IMG/VR virus record: IMGVR_UViG_3300037791_000006
Span: 2,530 to 66,529 of that record
Origin: a virus
Strand: one strand, 5' to 3'
Length of the DNA: 64,000 nucleotides
Notes under the pieces: generated by a model
The model's input: the letters and a program-made list of their open reading frames with translations, nothing else
The model's database searches: none
What the model was told of the DNA's origin: nothing
Shown here: positions 39,082-49,099 of the stretch, one piece after another
How the letters are laid out: every line of letters begins with the position of its first letter
Position numbering within the stretch: the stretch's first letter is position 1
Translations under genes and position numbers: made by a program

Positions 39082-42048
39082 ATGGGTTCTGCTAAAAAGG
39101 GCGGCGCGAAGGTTTACGACTTCCTGATGTCAGTAGATTACGCCCTCTGCCATGGTCCTATTGACCACTTTAATCAGGTCTCATTTCGCAAGAAAGCGGG
39201 ATGGGTAGGCCCCGCATTCGTGGACGGTGCGACCTACATCGACAAAGCGGACTTGTTCGGCGGTGACGACGGCGGCGAAGGCGGCGTGGCAGGCACCCTT
39301 GAGTTCTACAAAGGCCGCTGGAATCAGAAGATGTCCTCCGCATTAGCGAGGCGCTTCGGGTTGACCCCGGATACAGCGCCCGGATACCGGGGACTCGCAC
39401 ACGTCTTTTTCCACGGGTCTCGCCCTCCCGGTGAACAACGCATCATTTCAATCCGTGACAACACGGTGGTGAGGCCGAACTACAGCGGGTCGCTTGACGG
39501 GACACCTGGGGTGGACTTCACACAGTTCCTTTTCGCAGACGTTGACCCTCTTGGAGAGTCTTGGATACCCAGTGTCGATAGTGGACGCTGCACGTTCTTC
39601 ATGGACTGGTTGTATTATCGGGAGGACACAGGTAGCGGCTCTCGGGTCTGGGACGGTGGCGCCAATGTTCAGTTCTACGACGCCTCCGACAACAACATCG
39701 GCTCCGCATACTACAACGCCTACGGCGACGGTTACGCCAGATACCCTGGGGGGCTTACCCCAGGTCGCATCCTCGCAGTCATCCCGCCTCTGACGAGGAA
39801 GATTCGCTATATTGCTGGCGTCACCATGGGTGGTGGTGGCGTGGTGCGTGATCTCGTGCAGATTGAAGCCGATGCCGGACCACTGGTGAACCATTTCGGC
39901 GATAACTTCGAATATAGCGACATCGACCCCGGCGGACGCAAAGGTTTCAAGTGGTCTACAAATAACCCCTATTTCCAAGGGCCTGAGTTTTCAGTGACAT
40001 GTGCCCCCCGTGGTCTTGAGGAATACCCGGAAGTCGAACCCTTGATCTGGCCTATCGTGGGCGTGAATGAGAACGGCGCATACCTCAAGGGCAGTATGGA
40101 ATCGGCTTTCGAGCGCGAAGACGTGATGGCTGATGATCGGTTCTGGGATAGGGTTGGTGAGCGCGTGAGGAACCTTGTTCTCGGCCCGTCCCATAGGAGG
40201 TCCGAACGCTTCCGCAATGAAAAGTGCAACCTCTCCCATCTACCAGACGCCAACCCTGCGGCAATGATCTTCGAATGTATGACCAATCCCGATTGGGGGA
40301 AAGGTGATCCGCTCGAAGCATTCGACGTGCAAAGCTACGTGGACTCAGCGGTAACTTTGCAAAACGAGAACTTCGGTCTCACAATGTATTGGGCCGGACA
40401 GGATACTATTGAGACCTTTGTTGCCGAAGTCCTCGACCATGTGAAGGGTATGCAGTTCCAGCACCCCCGCACCGGCCTCTGGACGCTGAAACTTCTGCGG
40501 GATGACTACGACCCAGGGGCGTGCAGGCAATTTGACCCTTCGAACTGTCTTGTCAGGAATGTTCGCACGCGCCTTTGGGGTGAGACGATCAACGAAATCG
40601 TTGTCAGCTATACGAACCCTGAAAACGAGGAAGAAGAAACGGTTTCTGCGCAGAACCTCTCGAACATCGCGATCCAAGGTGGGGTTTTGAGTGACGGGCG
40701 CGATTACCACGGTATTCGGAACCCCTGGCTCGCGAAGATCGTGGCCGAGCGCGACGTGAACGAAGCCTCGGCAATCCTCACTTCGTGCGACATCATCTTG
40801 CCCCGCTCCGACGACGACATTCTCCCTGGCGAGGTAATCTCCCTCGAATGGCCGCGGCAAGGTGTTAGCGGATATTTCCGCGTCAACAGCGTGAAGCCCG
40901 GTTCTTCACGGGACAAGAAGGTCACGCTCCAAGTAACCCAAGACGTGTTCTCGGTGACCAGTTACGACCGCTCGGTGAGCGCAATGCCGGTGCCGATCAA
41001 TCGGGACAGCGTTCTCCCGGAGGACGTGGACCAGAGGATCGTTCTTTCGGCCCCGTATGTAGCGTTGCAGAACGGTGCGGACACAGACATCGAGTATCCT
41101 TTCAACCGCTTGGCCATATCGGCATCCGACTCCGAGCGAGATTACTCTCGCATTGAAGTCCTGGGGGAAACTCTAAGGGCAAATGGGTCAGAAGGTTTCG
41201 GGATGATTCGCAGCATCGTCCCCCCTACTCCCGCACAGCTCGGAGTCGAGATGGCCCGAGAGGCACTATCGTTGCTCCCTGCCACCGTTGTCGAGAACGC
41301 CAGCGGTCTCAACGTCGAAGCCGGTGCCTTGTTCGTGATCGGCGAGAGCGATCTGCGCAACGAAATCGTCATGCTGGACACCTATGAACCGGCGACCGAC
41401 AGTTGGCAGATCATCAGGGGTGTTTACGACACGGTGCCCCAGGTTTGGTTGCCATCGGACATGATTTGGGACGGGGCATTTTTGTCGGAACCGCTCGCAT
41501 CCGGCACCTATGTCGAGCACGAGGAAGTCGATCTCTATTTCCTTTCGCACACGTTGTCCCGTTCCCAAGACATCCTCGATGTTTCGCCGGACACCCACGT
41601 GGTTGTCGAGCGTGCGAATGCCCCATTGCGGCCGGCGAACCTCAGTGTGGGCGGCGCCGGGTTCGCTGGCGCCTATTATATCGAAAGCGATCTCCCAGTG
41701 GAGATCCCGCTTTCATGGGCAAACAGAAACCGGACCTCTGAGGACACCGTCGTTCCTAGGTGGGACGATGGGAACGTGACACCGGAGACGGGTCAAACCA
41801 CAACCATTCGCTTCTGGGGCGGTGAAAATTTCGATGTTCTTGAACACGAACTGTCCGAGGTCGGGGGCACAACCGCTTCCGTTGATCCCAATCAACTCGT
41901 CACGTTCAAATTCTACGAGGTGGAATTCGTCGCAGTGCGAAACGGCATTGAAAGTTATCAGGGGGCGCGGCTGCCGCTCGAAATTGAAAGGCTCGGATAT
42001 GGGAACAACTACGACTTCGACTACGGTGAAAATGATGGAGGTATGTAA
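39082..42048 (+). CDS. tail tip / central fiber protein
   Basis: CHGPID, PGYRGL, NPAAMIFEC, LKLLRDDY. Confidence 0.85.
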   Translation: MGSAKKGGAKVYDFLMSVDYALCHGPIDHFNQVSFRKKAGWVGPAFVDGATYIDKADLFGGDDGGEGGVAGTLEFYKGRWNQKMSSALARRFGLTPDTAPGYRGLAHVFFHGSRPPGEQRIISIRDNTVVRPNYSGSLDGTPGVDFTQFLFADVDPLGESWIPSVDSGRCTFFMDWLYYREDTGSGSRVWDGGANVQFYDASDNNIGSAYYNAYGDGYARYPGGLTPGRILAVIPPLTRKIRYIAGVTMGGGGVVRDLVQIEADAGPLVNHFGDNFEYSDIDPGGRKGFKWSTNNPYFQGPEFSVTCAPRGLEEYPEVEPLIWPIVGVNENGAYLKGSMESAFEREDVMADDRFWDRVGERVRNLVLGPSHRRSERFRNEKCNLSHLPDANPAAMIFECMTNPDWGKGDPLEAFDVQSYVDSAVTLQNENFGLTMYWAGQDTIETFVAEVLDHVKGMQFQHPRTGLWTLKLLRDDYDPGACRQFDPSNCLVRNVRTRLWGETINEIVVSYTNPENEEEETVSAQNLSNIAIQGGVLSDGRDYHGIRNPWLAKIVAERDVNEASAILTSCDIILPRSDDDILPGEVISLEWPRQGVSGYFRVNSVKPGSSRDKKVTLQVTQDVFSVTSYDRSVSAMPVPINRDSVLPEDVDQRIVLSAPYVALQNGADTDIEYPFNRLAISASDSERDYSRIEVLGETLRANGSEGFGMIRSIVPPTPAQLGVEMAREALSLLPATVVENASGLNVEAGALFVIGESDLRNEIVMLDTYEPATDSWQIIRGVYDTVPQVWLPSDMIWDGAFLSEPLASGTYVEHEEVDLYFLSHTLSRSQDILDVSPDTHVVVERANAPLRPANLSVGGAGFAGAYYIESDLPVEIPLSWANRNRTSEDTVVPRWDDGNVTPETGQTTTIRFWGGENFDVLEHELSEVGGTTASVDPNQLVTFKFYEVEFVAVRNGIESYQGARLPLEIERLGYGNNYDFDYGENDGGM

Positions 42049-42698
42049 TGGCTGGTGAACGTCAACTGCCGGGTCTCGGGCTGCACGCATTCTGGACCCC
42101 AGGCACAAACGGCTGGGGCGCACAGAATGACGCGAACTGGCGTATCGTGTCCGCACTTTTGCAGGGGAGCGCCCTTTCTGCCACCACCTCGTTGCCTGGT
42201 AGCCCGGCTGACGGGGATATTTATATTATCCCCACCGGGGACAACGACGAGAACAAGGTGGCTCTGCGGGACAATGGGGCGTGGGTTCTCCTGACCCCAG
42301 AAACCGGCTGGATGCTCTACATTGCAGATGTGGCAGAGTTCTTTAAGTTCAACGGTTCGACGTGGGAACAAGCGTTTGTGCCGACGACCATCCCGACGGT
42401 AAACTTGGTCACTGAGACCGGGACTTCGAGAACGCTAACGGACGCCGATTTCGACGGCTACACGATCTTGTTGACCACCAATGCGGCAGCAACCTCTGTC
42501 ACTCTGCCTTCTGGGATCTCGGCTTCCGGGCCACTCATGATCGTTCAAGTGGGGGTCGGGGCGGTCTCCATTGTCTCCGGCGGCGGTGTGACTCTCAACA
42601 GTGCGGACAACAAAACTTCGCTTCGAACTCAGTATTCGTCGGCGGTCCTGATCCCGGTCGATGTAGACGAATGTGTTCTCGTGGGCGACTTGGCGTAA
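42048..42698 (+). CDS. DUF2793-containing tail protein
   Basis: PGSPADGDIYII...W..LTPETGW. Confidence 0.75.
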   Translation: MAGERQLPGLGLHAFWTPGTNGWGAQNDANWRIVSALLQGSALSATTSLPGSPADGDIYIIPTGDNDENKVALRDNGAWVLLTPETGWMLYIADVAEFFKFNGSTWEQAFVPTTIPTVNLVTETGTSRTLTDADFDGYTILLTTNAAATSVTLPSGISASGPLMIVQVGVGAVSIVSGGGVTLNSADNKTSLRTQYSSAVLIPVDVDECVLVGDLA

Positions 42699-42713
42699 AG
42701 AAGGCGGTAGAGA

Positions 42714-43490
42714 ATGCACATCCATCATTTCATTGCTGCGGTAGCATCTTCACGCCCTACGGACGGCGGGGGCACGGTGCCCGACCCAGAGCCGACCGCC
42801 GATCCTTGGGAGTTGGACCCGGCGACTATTGGCGCTTCACACACTCTTTCGAACGGAAATCTGACGCTCACCAACACAGGGGGAGCGTCAGATTACAGAC
42901 ACGTGGCAAACACGATTAATGTCTTCGAGGCCGATGCGGGGCTTGTTTACTGGGAGGTGGAGATGGTAGCGGGAGGGCCGTCCAGTTACAACGGTTATGT
43001 CCCCATACTTGACGGTAATTCTACCCCGGTAAACCCTGCCGACAACCCGATTTCCGGTGGGAATATCGGTCGCAGGGGGAACGGTTCCATTTGGGCCGAA
43101 GGGTCTCAGCAAGTCACAAGTCTCCAAACTTTTGGCGCGGGGGACACCGTTATGATCGCACTAGACGCCGTGACTGGGGACATATGGACAGGCGTCAACG
43201 GTAGTTGGGACCATGACCCGGCAACCGATCCCCCAACCTATTCCCCCGCAAATCCCAACGGAAGTTACGCACTTGGGGCGCAGGGTCGCGACCCCTATAG
43301 CGGAATGACGCTGCTTACCGCGGCCTCGCAGGTAAAATACACGGTTCCGGCAGGTGCGACCCTACCTGCGGAATATGTGCTTCCAGCAGACATGCGTATC
43401 GGAGAAGCGCGAACCTATGTGGTATCAGCACCCCCTCGCGCTTCCGTGACCATGCGCCAAGCGAAAACCTACGTTGTTATTCAGGAGTAA
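42714..43490 (+). CDS. SPRY/concanavalin-like putative receptor-binding protein
   Basis: TLSNGNLT, YWEV, GDTVMIALD..G.IW..VNG. Confidence 0.6.
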   Translation: MHIHHFIAAVASSRPTDGGGTVPDPEPTADPWELDPATIGASHTLSNGNLTLTNTGGASDYRHVANTINVFEADAGLVYWEVEMVAGGPSSYNGYVPILDGNSTPVNPADNPISGGNIGRRGNGSIWAEGSQQVTSLQTFGAGDTVMIALDAVTGDIWTGVNGSWDHDPATDPPTYSPANPNGSYALGAQGRDPYSGMTLLTAASQVKYTVPAGATLPAEYVLPADMRIGEARTYVVSAPPRASVTMRQAKTYVVIQE

Positions 43491-43494
43491 GAAA

Positions 43495-44478
43495 ATGGCT
43501 ATCATTTTTACCACCAATTCACCGGAAGCGTTTAGCTTGCAGCCGGTGAGAACTACAGCCTACCCCCGTGACCCAGATTACACGGCACACTCACTTAGGT
43601 TCCCGGTCACACCTTCCACCGGGAACGAAGTGGCCTCTTTTGCCAATTTCGCACCTCCTTCCGGCGACGTAATTTGGTTTCATGCGCGTATCTCTTATCC
43701 TCAATCTGTGAAATACATCGACAACTTCTTCGAATTTCAGGACGCGAACAACAACGCGGTGGCTCGACTAAGTATAGATTCGGAATTGCTATTCGTATCT
43801 GCACGCGGGGATACGACCGTGGGGGTCTCAGGTTCCGGGGTGTCTGATTACGCCACGGAGACACTTGATATAAAAGTGGAAGTGAATGCTAACATCACTG
43901 TCGAGGTTTACCGCGACGGGCTTCTAGATATGACCGCTATAGCAGCCAACACGGGGGGTAAGGGCGTTCCGCAAGTGCTAAAAATGTTACATAATGGCGC
44001 GCTTAGCACCGGCACTTCCTATAGACCGACCTACTCCGAATTAATCGTGGATGATGCCGATAGCACCATCGGATGCCGCCTTTCAGAACTACTGCCTGCG
44101 TCAGATGGGGCGCATACCGACTGGTCAGGCACGGGCTACGCCAGTCTCTCAGACTTCGACAATGCGACGTTTCTTTCGGCATCGGCAGAAGACGCGAAGC
44201 AAACTTGGGGCTTGAGTGCCTATGGGGGTAATCCATCGCCAACGCAGGTGCGCGCAGTTGTCCAAGAGGCTTTTGCACAGACCCAAAACACTGGACCCAA
44301 AACGCTTACCCCAATGGCACGGATTTCCTCCGTGGACTATTATGGCGGCGGCGATGACCTCGGGAGCGGAACTTCCGGTCTGTCACGCCATGTATGGGCC
44401 ACCAACCCCAGCACCTCAACATTCTGGGACATCTCCGATCTCACTTCTCTTGAGACCGGGTATCGCGCGGACCTGTGA
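43495..44478 (+). CDS. putative tail fiber/lectin-like protein
   Basis: beta-rich, lower GC, GGAG RBS, end of the tail module. Confidence 0.6.
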   Translation: MAIIFTTNSPEAFSLQPVRTTAYPRDPDYTAHSLRFPVTPSTGNEVASFANFAPPSGDVIWFHARISYPQSVKYIDNFFEFQDANNNAVARLSIDSELLFVSARGDTTVGVSGSGVSDYATETLDIKVEVNANITVEVYRDGLLDMTAIAANTGGKGVPQVLKMLHNGALSTGTSYRPTYSELIVDDADSTIGCRLSELLPASDGAHTDWSGTGYASLSDFDNATFLSASAEDAKQTWGLSAYGGNPSPTQVRAVVQEAFAQTQNTGPKTLTPMARISSVDYYGGGDDLGSGTSGLSRHVWATNPSTSTFWDISDLTSLETGYRADL

Positions 44479-44580
44479 ACATTCTTGGCACCCGGTTACG
44501 ACCGGGTGTATTTTCACCTTTTGATTGACTCTCCCATCATGTGTGCGGCATTCCTATATGCGAAAGAGAGGGATGTGATC

Positions 44581-45264
44581 GTGGTGAAAATGAAAACTTC
44601 CATTGCCGGAATCCTGGAAATTTTCGAGCACGAGGGCGTTGTCCCAGGCCCATATCTGGACAGCGTTGGGGTCTGGACCTGGGGAGTCGGCCACACCGCC
44701 GCCGCAGGCTCATTCGACCCGGAAAAATTGCCGCGCGGGATGGCCTCCGATATCGAGGCCGAGATTGACAGTGCGATCCGTGTCTTCCAGCACGACATCA
44801 CCAAATACGAAGCTCGCGTGAATGACGCGATCAAGGTGCCGCTCAAACAGCATGAATTCGACGCTCTCGTCAGCTTCGACTACAACACCGGTGGCATCTA
44901 TCGGGCAAAGCTGACCTCGGCCATCAACCGTGGCGACATGGACGCGGCGAAGCATTTCATGGGCTGGTTGAAGCCGCCCGAAATACGCGGGCGCCGCACC
45001 GACGAAATGCGCCTGTTTGAAACCGGGGACTACGGTGCGAACGGTGACAAGATCGCCGTCTGGAACGTGGATGTGAACGGGAAGCTCCGTGGCATCAATA
45101 AGACTGTCCGCGGTAAAGACCTCCTGAAACGGTTCGCAGAGATCGAACGGGAAACAGGGGGTCACAAGCGACCCATGGGCGGGAAGCCCGGCATCGCGAA
45201 ACTGTTCTCGCTGATCGCCGATTTCCTTGACGCAATTTTCGGGAAGAAGGGGGTCTCCGTATGA
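44581..45264 (+). CDS. endolysin, GH24 lysozyme
   Basis: HEG...YLDSVGVWTWGVGHT, FDALVSF. Confidence 0.9.
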   Translation: MVKMKTSIAGILEIFEHEGVVPGPYLDSVGVWTWGVGHTAAAGSFDPEKLPRGMASDIEAEIDSAIRVFQHDITKYEARVNDAIKVPLKQHEFDALVSFDYNTGGIYRAKLTSAINRGDMDAAKHFMGWLKPPEIRGRRTDEMRLFETGDYGANGDKIAVWNVDVNGKLRGINKTVRGKDLLKRFAEIERETGGHKRPMGGKPGIAKLFSLIADFLDAIFGKKGVSV

Positions 45265-45524
45265 ACCGCGCATTTTTCGAAGGCGAGATGCCTGCGTGGC
45301 ACGCCCGCAGCTTCTACGCAATGTTGCTGACCGCAGCAACGGTCCTGTGCAACGCTTTCGGTATCGACTTTCTGGCATTTCTCGGCGACCTCGGCCTCGG
45401 CAACGGCGAGCATGAAATCCTGAACAACATCGAAATGCTGATGCCTTTGTTGTTCGCACTGTGGGCCTGGATCGAACGCCGGGCACCGCGCTACCGCCTT
45501 GTCTGGCGTCGGATCGTCGGATGA
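45261..45524 (+). CDS. putative holin
   Basis: two hydrophobic segments, basic C-terminus, after the endolysin. Confidence 0.55.
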   Translation: MNRAFFEGEMPAWHARSFYAMLLTAATVLCNAFGIDFLAFLGDLGLGNGEHEILNNIEMLMPLLFALWAWIERRAPRYRLVWRRIVG

Positions 45525-45931
45525 GTAGATTGCTCTCATGGCTGACAGGGCCGATCATCGAGAAGTTCACTGGACCACTGGTGGAGGCGTATAGGCTCCG
45601 CCTTTCCGCACGGAACGACTCCGAGAGACTTGAGGTCGAGAAAACAATCGCGCAGTTGGAATCTGCGCGAGACATTGCGTTGGCTGAGGCCCATGACCGT
45701 TTCAGCGCGACACGCATGGGACGCTCCCTGATCGTCGTTCCGTATGGCATCTGGTGGGCAACGATATACCTCGTCCAGATCGCGAACCCGTGGATCTTCG
45801 AACCCTGCTTCGGCGTGACACTGGTAGTCTACGACGTGCCGCCCCAGATCAACGAAATGGCAAAATACTTGGTCCCGGCGATTGTCCTCGGGGACGCAAC
45901 CGTTTTTGCCGCCAAGAAATTCAAGCGATAG
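45521..45931 (+). CDS. membrane protein (3TM holin-like)
   Basis: hydrophobic segments; lysis cassette. Confidence 0.55.
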   Translation: MSRLLSWLTGPIIEKFTGPLVEAYRLRLSARNDSERLEVEKTIAQLESARDIALAEAHDRFSATRMGRSLIVVPYGIWWATIYLVQIANPWIFEPCFGVTLVVYDVPPQINEMAKYLVPAIVLGDATVFAAKKFKR

Positions 45932-45949
45932 ATCGAATAGGGCCTAGGC

Positions 45950-46336
45950 ATGTCAGAACACCAAAACGACCCCCAGACCCTTGCCATGGCGAGCATGGCG
46001 GAGGCCGTCAAGCAGCAGACAGAGGCTTTTGTGGGCGCGATGGCTGTCCAGACAGAGGAAATCAAGCGCCTCAGCAATAAGGTGGACGTTATGCAGTCCC
46101 GCGTCATCCGCCTCGAAGAACAGCGCCACGGCAAGGACATCGACACCCTCACCCAAGGACTCAGCGCCGCCAACGCGAAGATCGCGACCTTGGAGCTCAA
46201 CTGGGCCGAGGCGCGCGGGGCGGGAAAGATGGCGGGCTTGTTGAAAAGCATGGCGCCGGGACTGATCCCAACCATTGTGGCAGCCTTGATCTACATCGGC
46301 GTGGAATACGGAAAGAAAGGTAGCATCGGACAATGA
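45950..46336 (+). CDS. coiled-coil protein with C-terminal TM anchor
   Basis: heptad repeats followed by LIPTIVAALIYIGV. Confidence 0.6.
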   Translation: MSEHQNDPQTLAMASMAEAVKQQTEAFVGAMAVQTEEIKRLSNKVDVMQSRVIRLEEQRHGKDIDTLTQGLSAANAKIATLELNWAEARGAGKMAGLLKSMAPGLIPTIVAALIYIGVEYGKKGSIGQ

Positions 46337-47514
46337 GACGTGACCATGCGCTTGATGACACCCTGTATGAATTCGCATCTGAACGCCAGAAAGAATACTT
46401 GGACGCAATCAAGTTGCACGGTGGAGCCGAAGCTGCCGCGCGCAACCTTGGCCTGAGTTGCGGTGGGACGATCCGCAAGTCCATAAGTCGCCTCAAAGCG
46501 AAGGCTGCCATGCGCGGGCACAGCCCGGATCACGACATGACGCGCACCGTCCCAGAGCCATTCGTTGTGCGCGGTGTTTCAACCTACTATGACAAGGACG
46601 GCAAAGCGGCCGGCCAGTGGGTGAAGTCACGCCTGGACGATCAACGCTATTTCGAATTGATCCGTGCGACCGCAGAAGCCCTCTCCGAGGACATACGCCC
46701 TACCGCACCCGTCGAATTGCCCGAAAGCCTCAGCTTCGCTCGCAACCTTCTCACCACCTATATCCTGACGGACGTTCACCTGGGGATGCTGGCATGGCAC
46801 GAGGAAGGCGGTGCGAACTGGAACCTCAAAATCGCAGAAAAGACGATCGAGGGCTGTTTCGACCTCATGGTCAAACTGTCACCGGACAGCGAGACTGCTA
46901 TAATCTCGCAGTTGGGGGACTGGTTCCACTTCGACGGCATTCTGCCAGTGACTCCCACGAGCCGCCATGTCCTTGACGCTGACACGCGCTTTGCGAAGGT
47001 GATACGGGCTGGTTTCAGGTTGTTGCGCCGCCTTATTGGAAGGGCGCTTGAGAAGCATCAGAAAGTCGTGGTGTTGATGGCGGAGGGCAATCACGACGAA
47101 TCGTCCTCCCAATGGCTACAGGTGATGCTTGACACGCTCTACGAGAACGAACCTCGCGTAGAGGTCATCGTTTCAGCGAAGCCTTACTACGCCTACGAAT
47201 TCGACCAAACGGCGCTCTTTTTCCATCATGGTCACAAGAAGCGGGGTCAAAATCTCGCACTCCTGCTTGCCGCTGAGTTCCGTGAGATCTGGGGGCGCAC
47301 CAAGAAGGCTTACGGGCACACCGGTCACCTGCACCATGAGCTCGAACAAGCGTTCCCCGGCATCAAGATGATCCAGCACCCCACCTTGTCGGCTCGGGAT
47401 GCACACGCCTCCCGCGAAGGGTTCATGAGTGAAAGACAGGCGTCCGTTATCACCTACTCGCGAAAGTTCGGGGAAATCGGTCGCCATGTCGTAACACCGG
47501 ATATGCTAGGATAA
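46333..47514 (+). CDS. HTH + calcineurin-like metallophosphoesterase
   Basis: DVHLG, GD, GNHD, HGH, GHLH. Confidence 0.8.
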   Translation: MRRDHALDDTLYEFASERQKEYLDAIKLHGGAEAAARNLGLSCGGTIRKSISRLKAKAAMRGHSPDHDMTRTVPEPFVVRGVSTYYDKDGKAAGQWVKSRLDDQRYFELIRATAEALSEDIRPTAPVELPESLSFARNLLTTYILTDVHLGMLAWHEEGGANWNLKIAEKTIEGCFDLMVKLSPDSETAIISQLGDWFHFDGILPVTPTSRHVLDADTRFAKVIRAGFRLLRRLIGRALEKHQKVVVLMAEGNHDESSSQWLQVMLDTLYENEPRVEVIVSAKPYYAYEFDQTALFFHHGHKKRGQNLALLLAAEFREIWGRTKKAYGHTGHLHHELEQAFPGIKMIQHPTLSARDAHASREGFMSERQASVITYSRKFGEIGRHVVTPDMLG

Positions 47515-47524
47515 CACGCTTACA

Positions 47525-47758
47525 TCAACTCAGCGATTTGATGGCCAGTTCCCCGACGAAGGCGTAGAATCCCGCCCTGACAGCACTGTCCTCAATCTCA
47601 TCAGCTTTGTGCAGAAGTCCTCCCGGAAATCCTTTGGCCCGCAAGTCTTTCAGGACTGTTTCGGCATATTGTCGCCCAAGTTTGTTCCGGCGTTGGTAGT
47701 CATCATGGGCAGGTTCCCCACAGGTCGTGTCGGCGTCGATCTTAGCTCTTTGGCTCAT
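47525..47758 (-). CDS. hypothetical protein
   Basis: last ORF of the leftward operon. Confidence 0.5.
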   Translation of the reverse strand: MSQRAKIDADTTCGEPAHDDYQRRNKLGRQYAETVLKDLRAKGFPGGLLHKADEIEDSAVRAGFYAFVGELAIKSLS

Positions 47759-47782
47759 TGGTTTTTCCACTCATCTTGTTTG

Positions 47783-49099
47783 TCAGCCTAGGAGTTCGGC
47801 CAACATTTCTTCGATGCCCCCGCTCCCACTGGGGGTTCCTCCAAGCAAATCTTCGAATTCAATCTCCGATATACTTTGGATATTTTCTACTATCCTATGG
47901 GTAGATTCGCAATCGAATGTTTCACATTTTGTGTGCTGTTTTTCACTTATATTTGCATCGAAGCGTTGTTCGAGAAAAGTGAAATAATCGGCGTCTGACT
48001 CCATGAGAATGCAGTCCACACCTTCGCGTATAGCTGCCACCCCAGTTGTCCCGGAACCGGCGAACGGGTCCAAAACCACGCCACCAGGAGGCGTAACGTG
48101 GCGAACAAGGTGCTGCATCAAAGAAATTGGCTTGACCGTCGGGTGTTTCGAGCCATCTCTATCCTGTTTCGCAGCCTTGACGTTCCACAACGCTGCGGGA
48201 ACGTCAATCAGATCGCCATGTTCCGAGAGCATGGCGGCTTCCCAGTCACAGTCGTGTGAGAAGCTATTGAAATATCGCGCCGCGCCATCAGGGAACAGGG
48301 CCTCTGCGGCCTCGCTCCCGTCGTGAAGAAGGTTGGCCGGATACCGACCGAGCGCGTTGGTTCGCGCGACACTGGCTCTCTGGGCCGCGTGCATGGCATC
48401 GGTGTCGCGCCCACTGAGGCCGTATTCCCCGCCTTGTCGCCCGCGCTTGTGCGGGTCACTCTGAGGCGTGTGGATGATCTCCCCGTCGGAAAGAGGAACG
48501 CGGCAACCGTCGATATTGACAGCCCCCACCCCGTGTTTCACGAGATTGACCCCACCGCTTTTCTCGGACATGGGTTTCTGTGCCAGATAGATAGGCTCAA
48601 GCGCGGGCTTCTGTGCCTGCGTGCTGTATTTCCACCCTTCCCACCTGTCTCCGTCCCCACCGGCGTTGTTGACCTCGCGCTGGGCGTCCCGCGTCTTTGG
48701 GAAACCCTGCCCGTAAATCCACCCGTGCATCGGGTGCATGATAAATCCGGCCTGCTCCATAGCAACGGCTTGCCAGTGCCCAGTCCGAGATCCACTGAAT
48801 GCGAAGCAATAGCCGCCCGGCAACAGGATGTCGTGAATCAGGCGCCAGAACTCGGGATCACGCTCGATCTGGGTTCCGTCCCAAGTCTGCCCCATGAAGC
48901 CGGTAGACAACCGAGAAAACGAACCGTCATTTCCGTCCGATTTGGCTGCCGCCGCCCCTTTCTTTCCGAACCGCTTGACCATGCTTGTCAGGCCGTAGGG
49001 AGGGTCCGTCACAACACTGTGGACGCGCACCCCTTGGTCGATCAAGCGGCGAAGCGAGTCTCGGTTGTCACCTTGAAATAGCTGGATGGATTGGCTCAT
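47783..49099 (-). CDS. DNA N6-adenine/N4-cytosine methyltransferase, beta class
   Basis: TDPPY, HPTVKP, LDPFAGSGTT. Confidence 0.9.
   Translation of the reverse strand: MSQSIQLFQGDNRDSLRRLIDQGVRVHSVVTDPPYGLTSMVKRFGKKGAAAAKSDGNDGSFSRLSTGFMGQTWDGTQIERDPEFWRLIHDILLPGGYCFAFSGSRTGHWQAVAMEQAGFIMHPMHGWIYGQGFPKTRDAQREVNNAGGDGDRWEGWKYSTQAQKPALEPIYLAQKPMSEKSGGVNLVKHGVGAVNIDGCRVPLSDGEIIHTPQSDPHKRGRQGGEYGLSGRDTDAMHAAQRASVARTNALGRYPANLLHDGSEAAEALFPDGAARYFNSFSHDCDWEAAMLSEHGDLIDVPAALWNVKAAKQDRDGSKHPTVKPISLMQHLVRHVTPPGGVVLDPFAGSGTTGVAAIREGVDCILMESDADYFTFLEQRFDANISEKQHTKCETFDCESTHRIVENIQSISEIEFEDLLGGTPSGSGGIEEMLAELLG

Noticed and set aside
39082-44478. Diversity-generating retroelement or invertible tail cassette
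   Set aside because: No reverse transcriptase, TR/VR pair or invertase seen.
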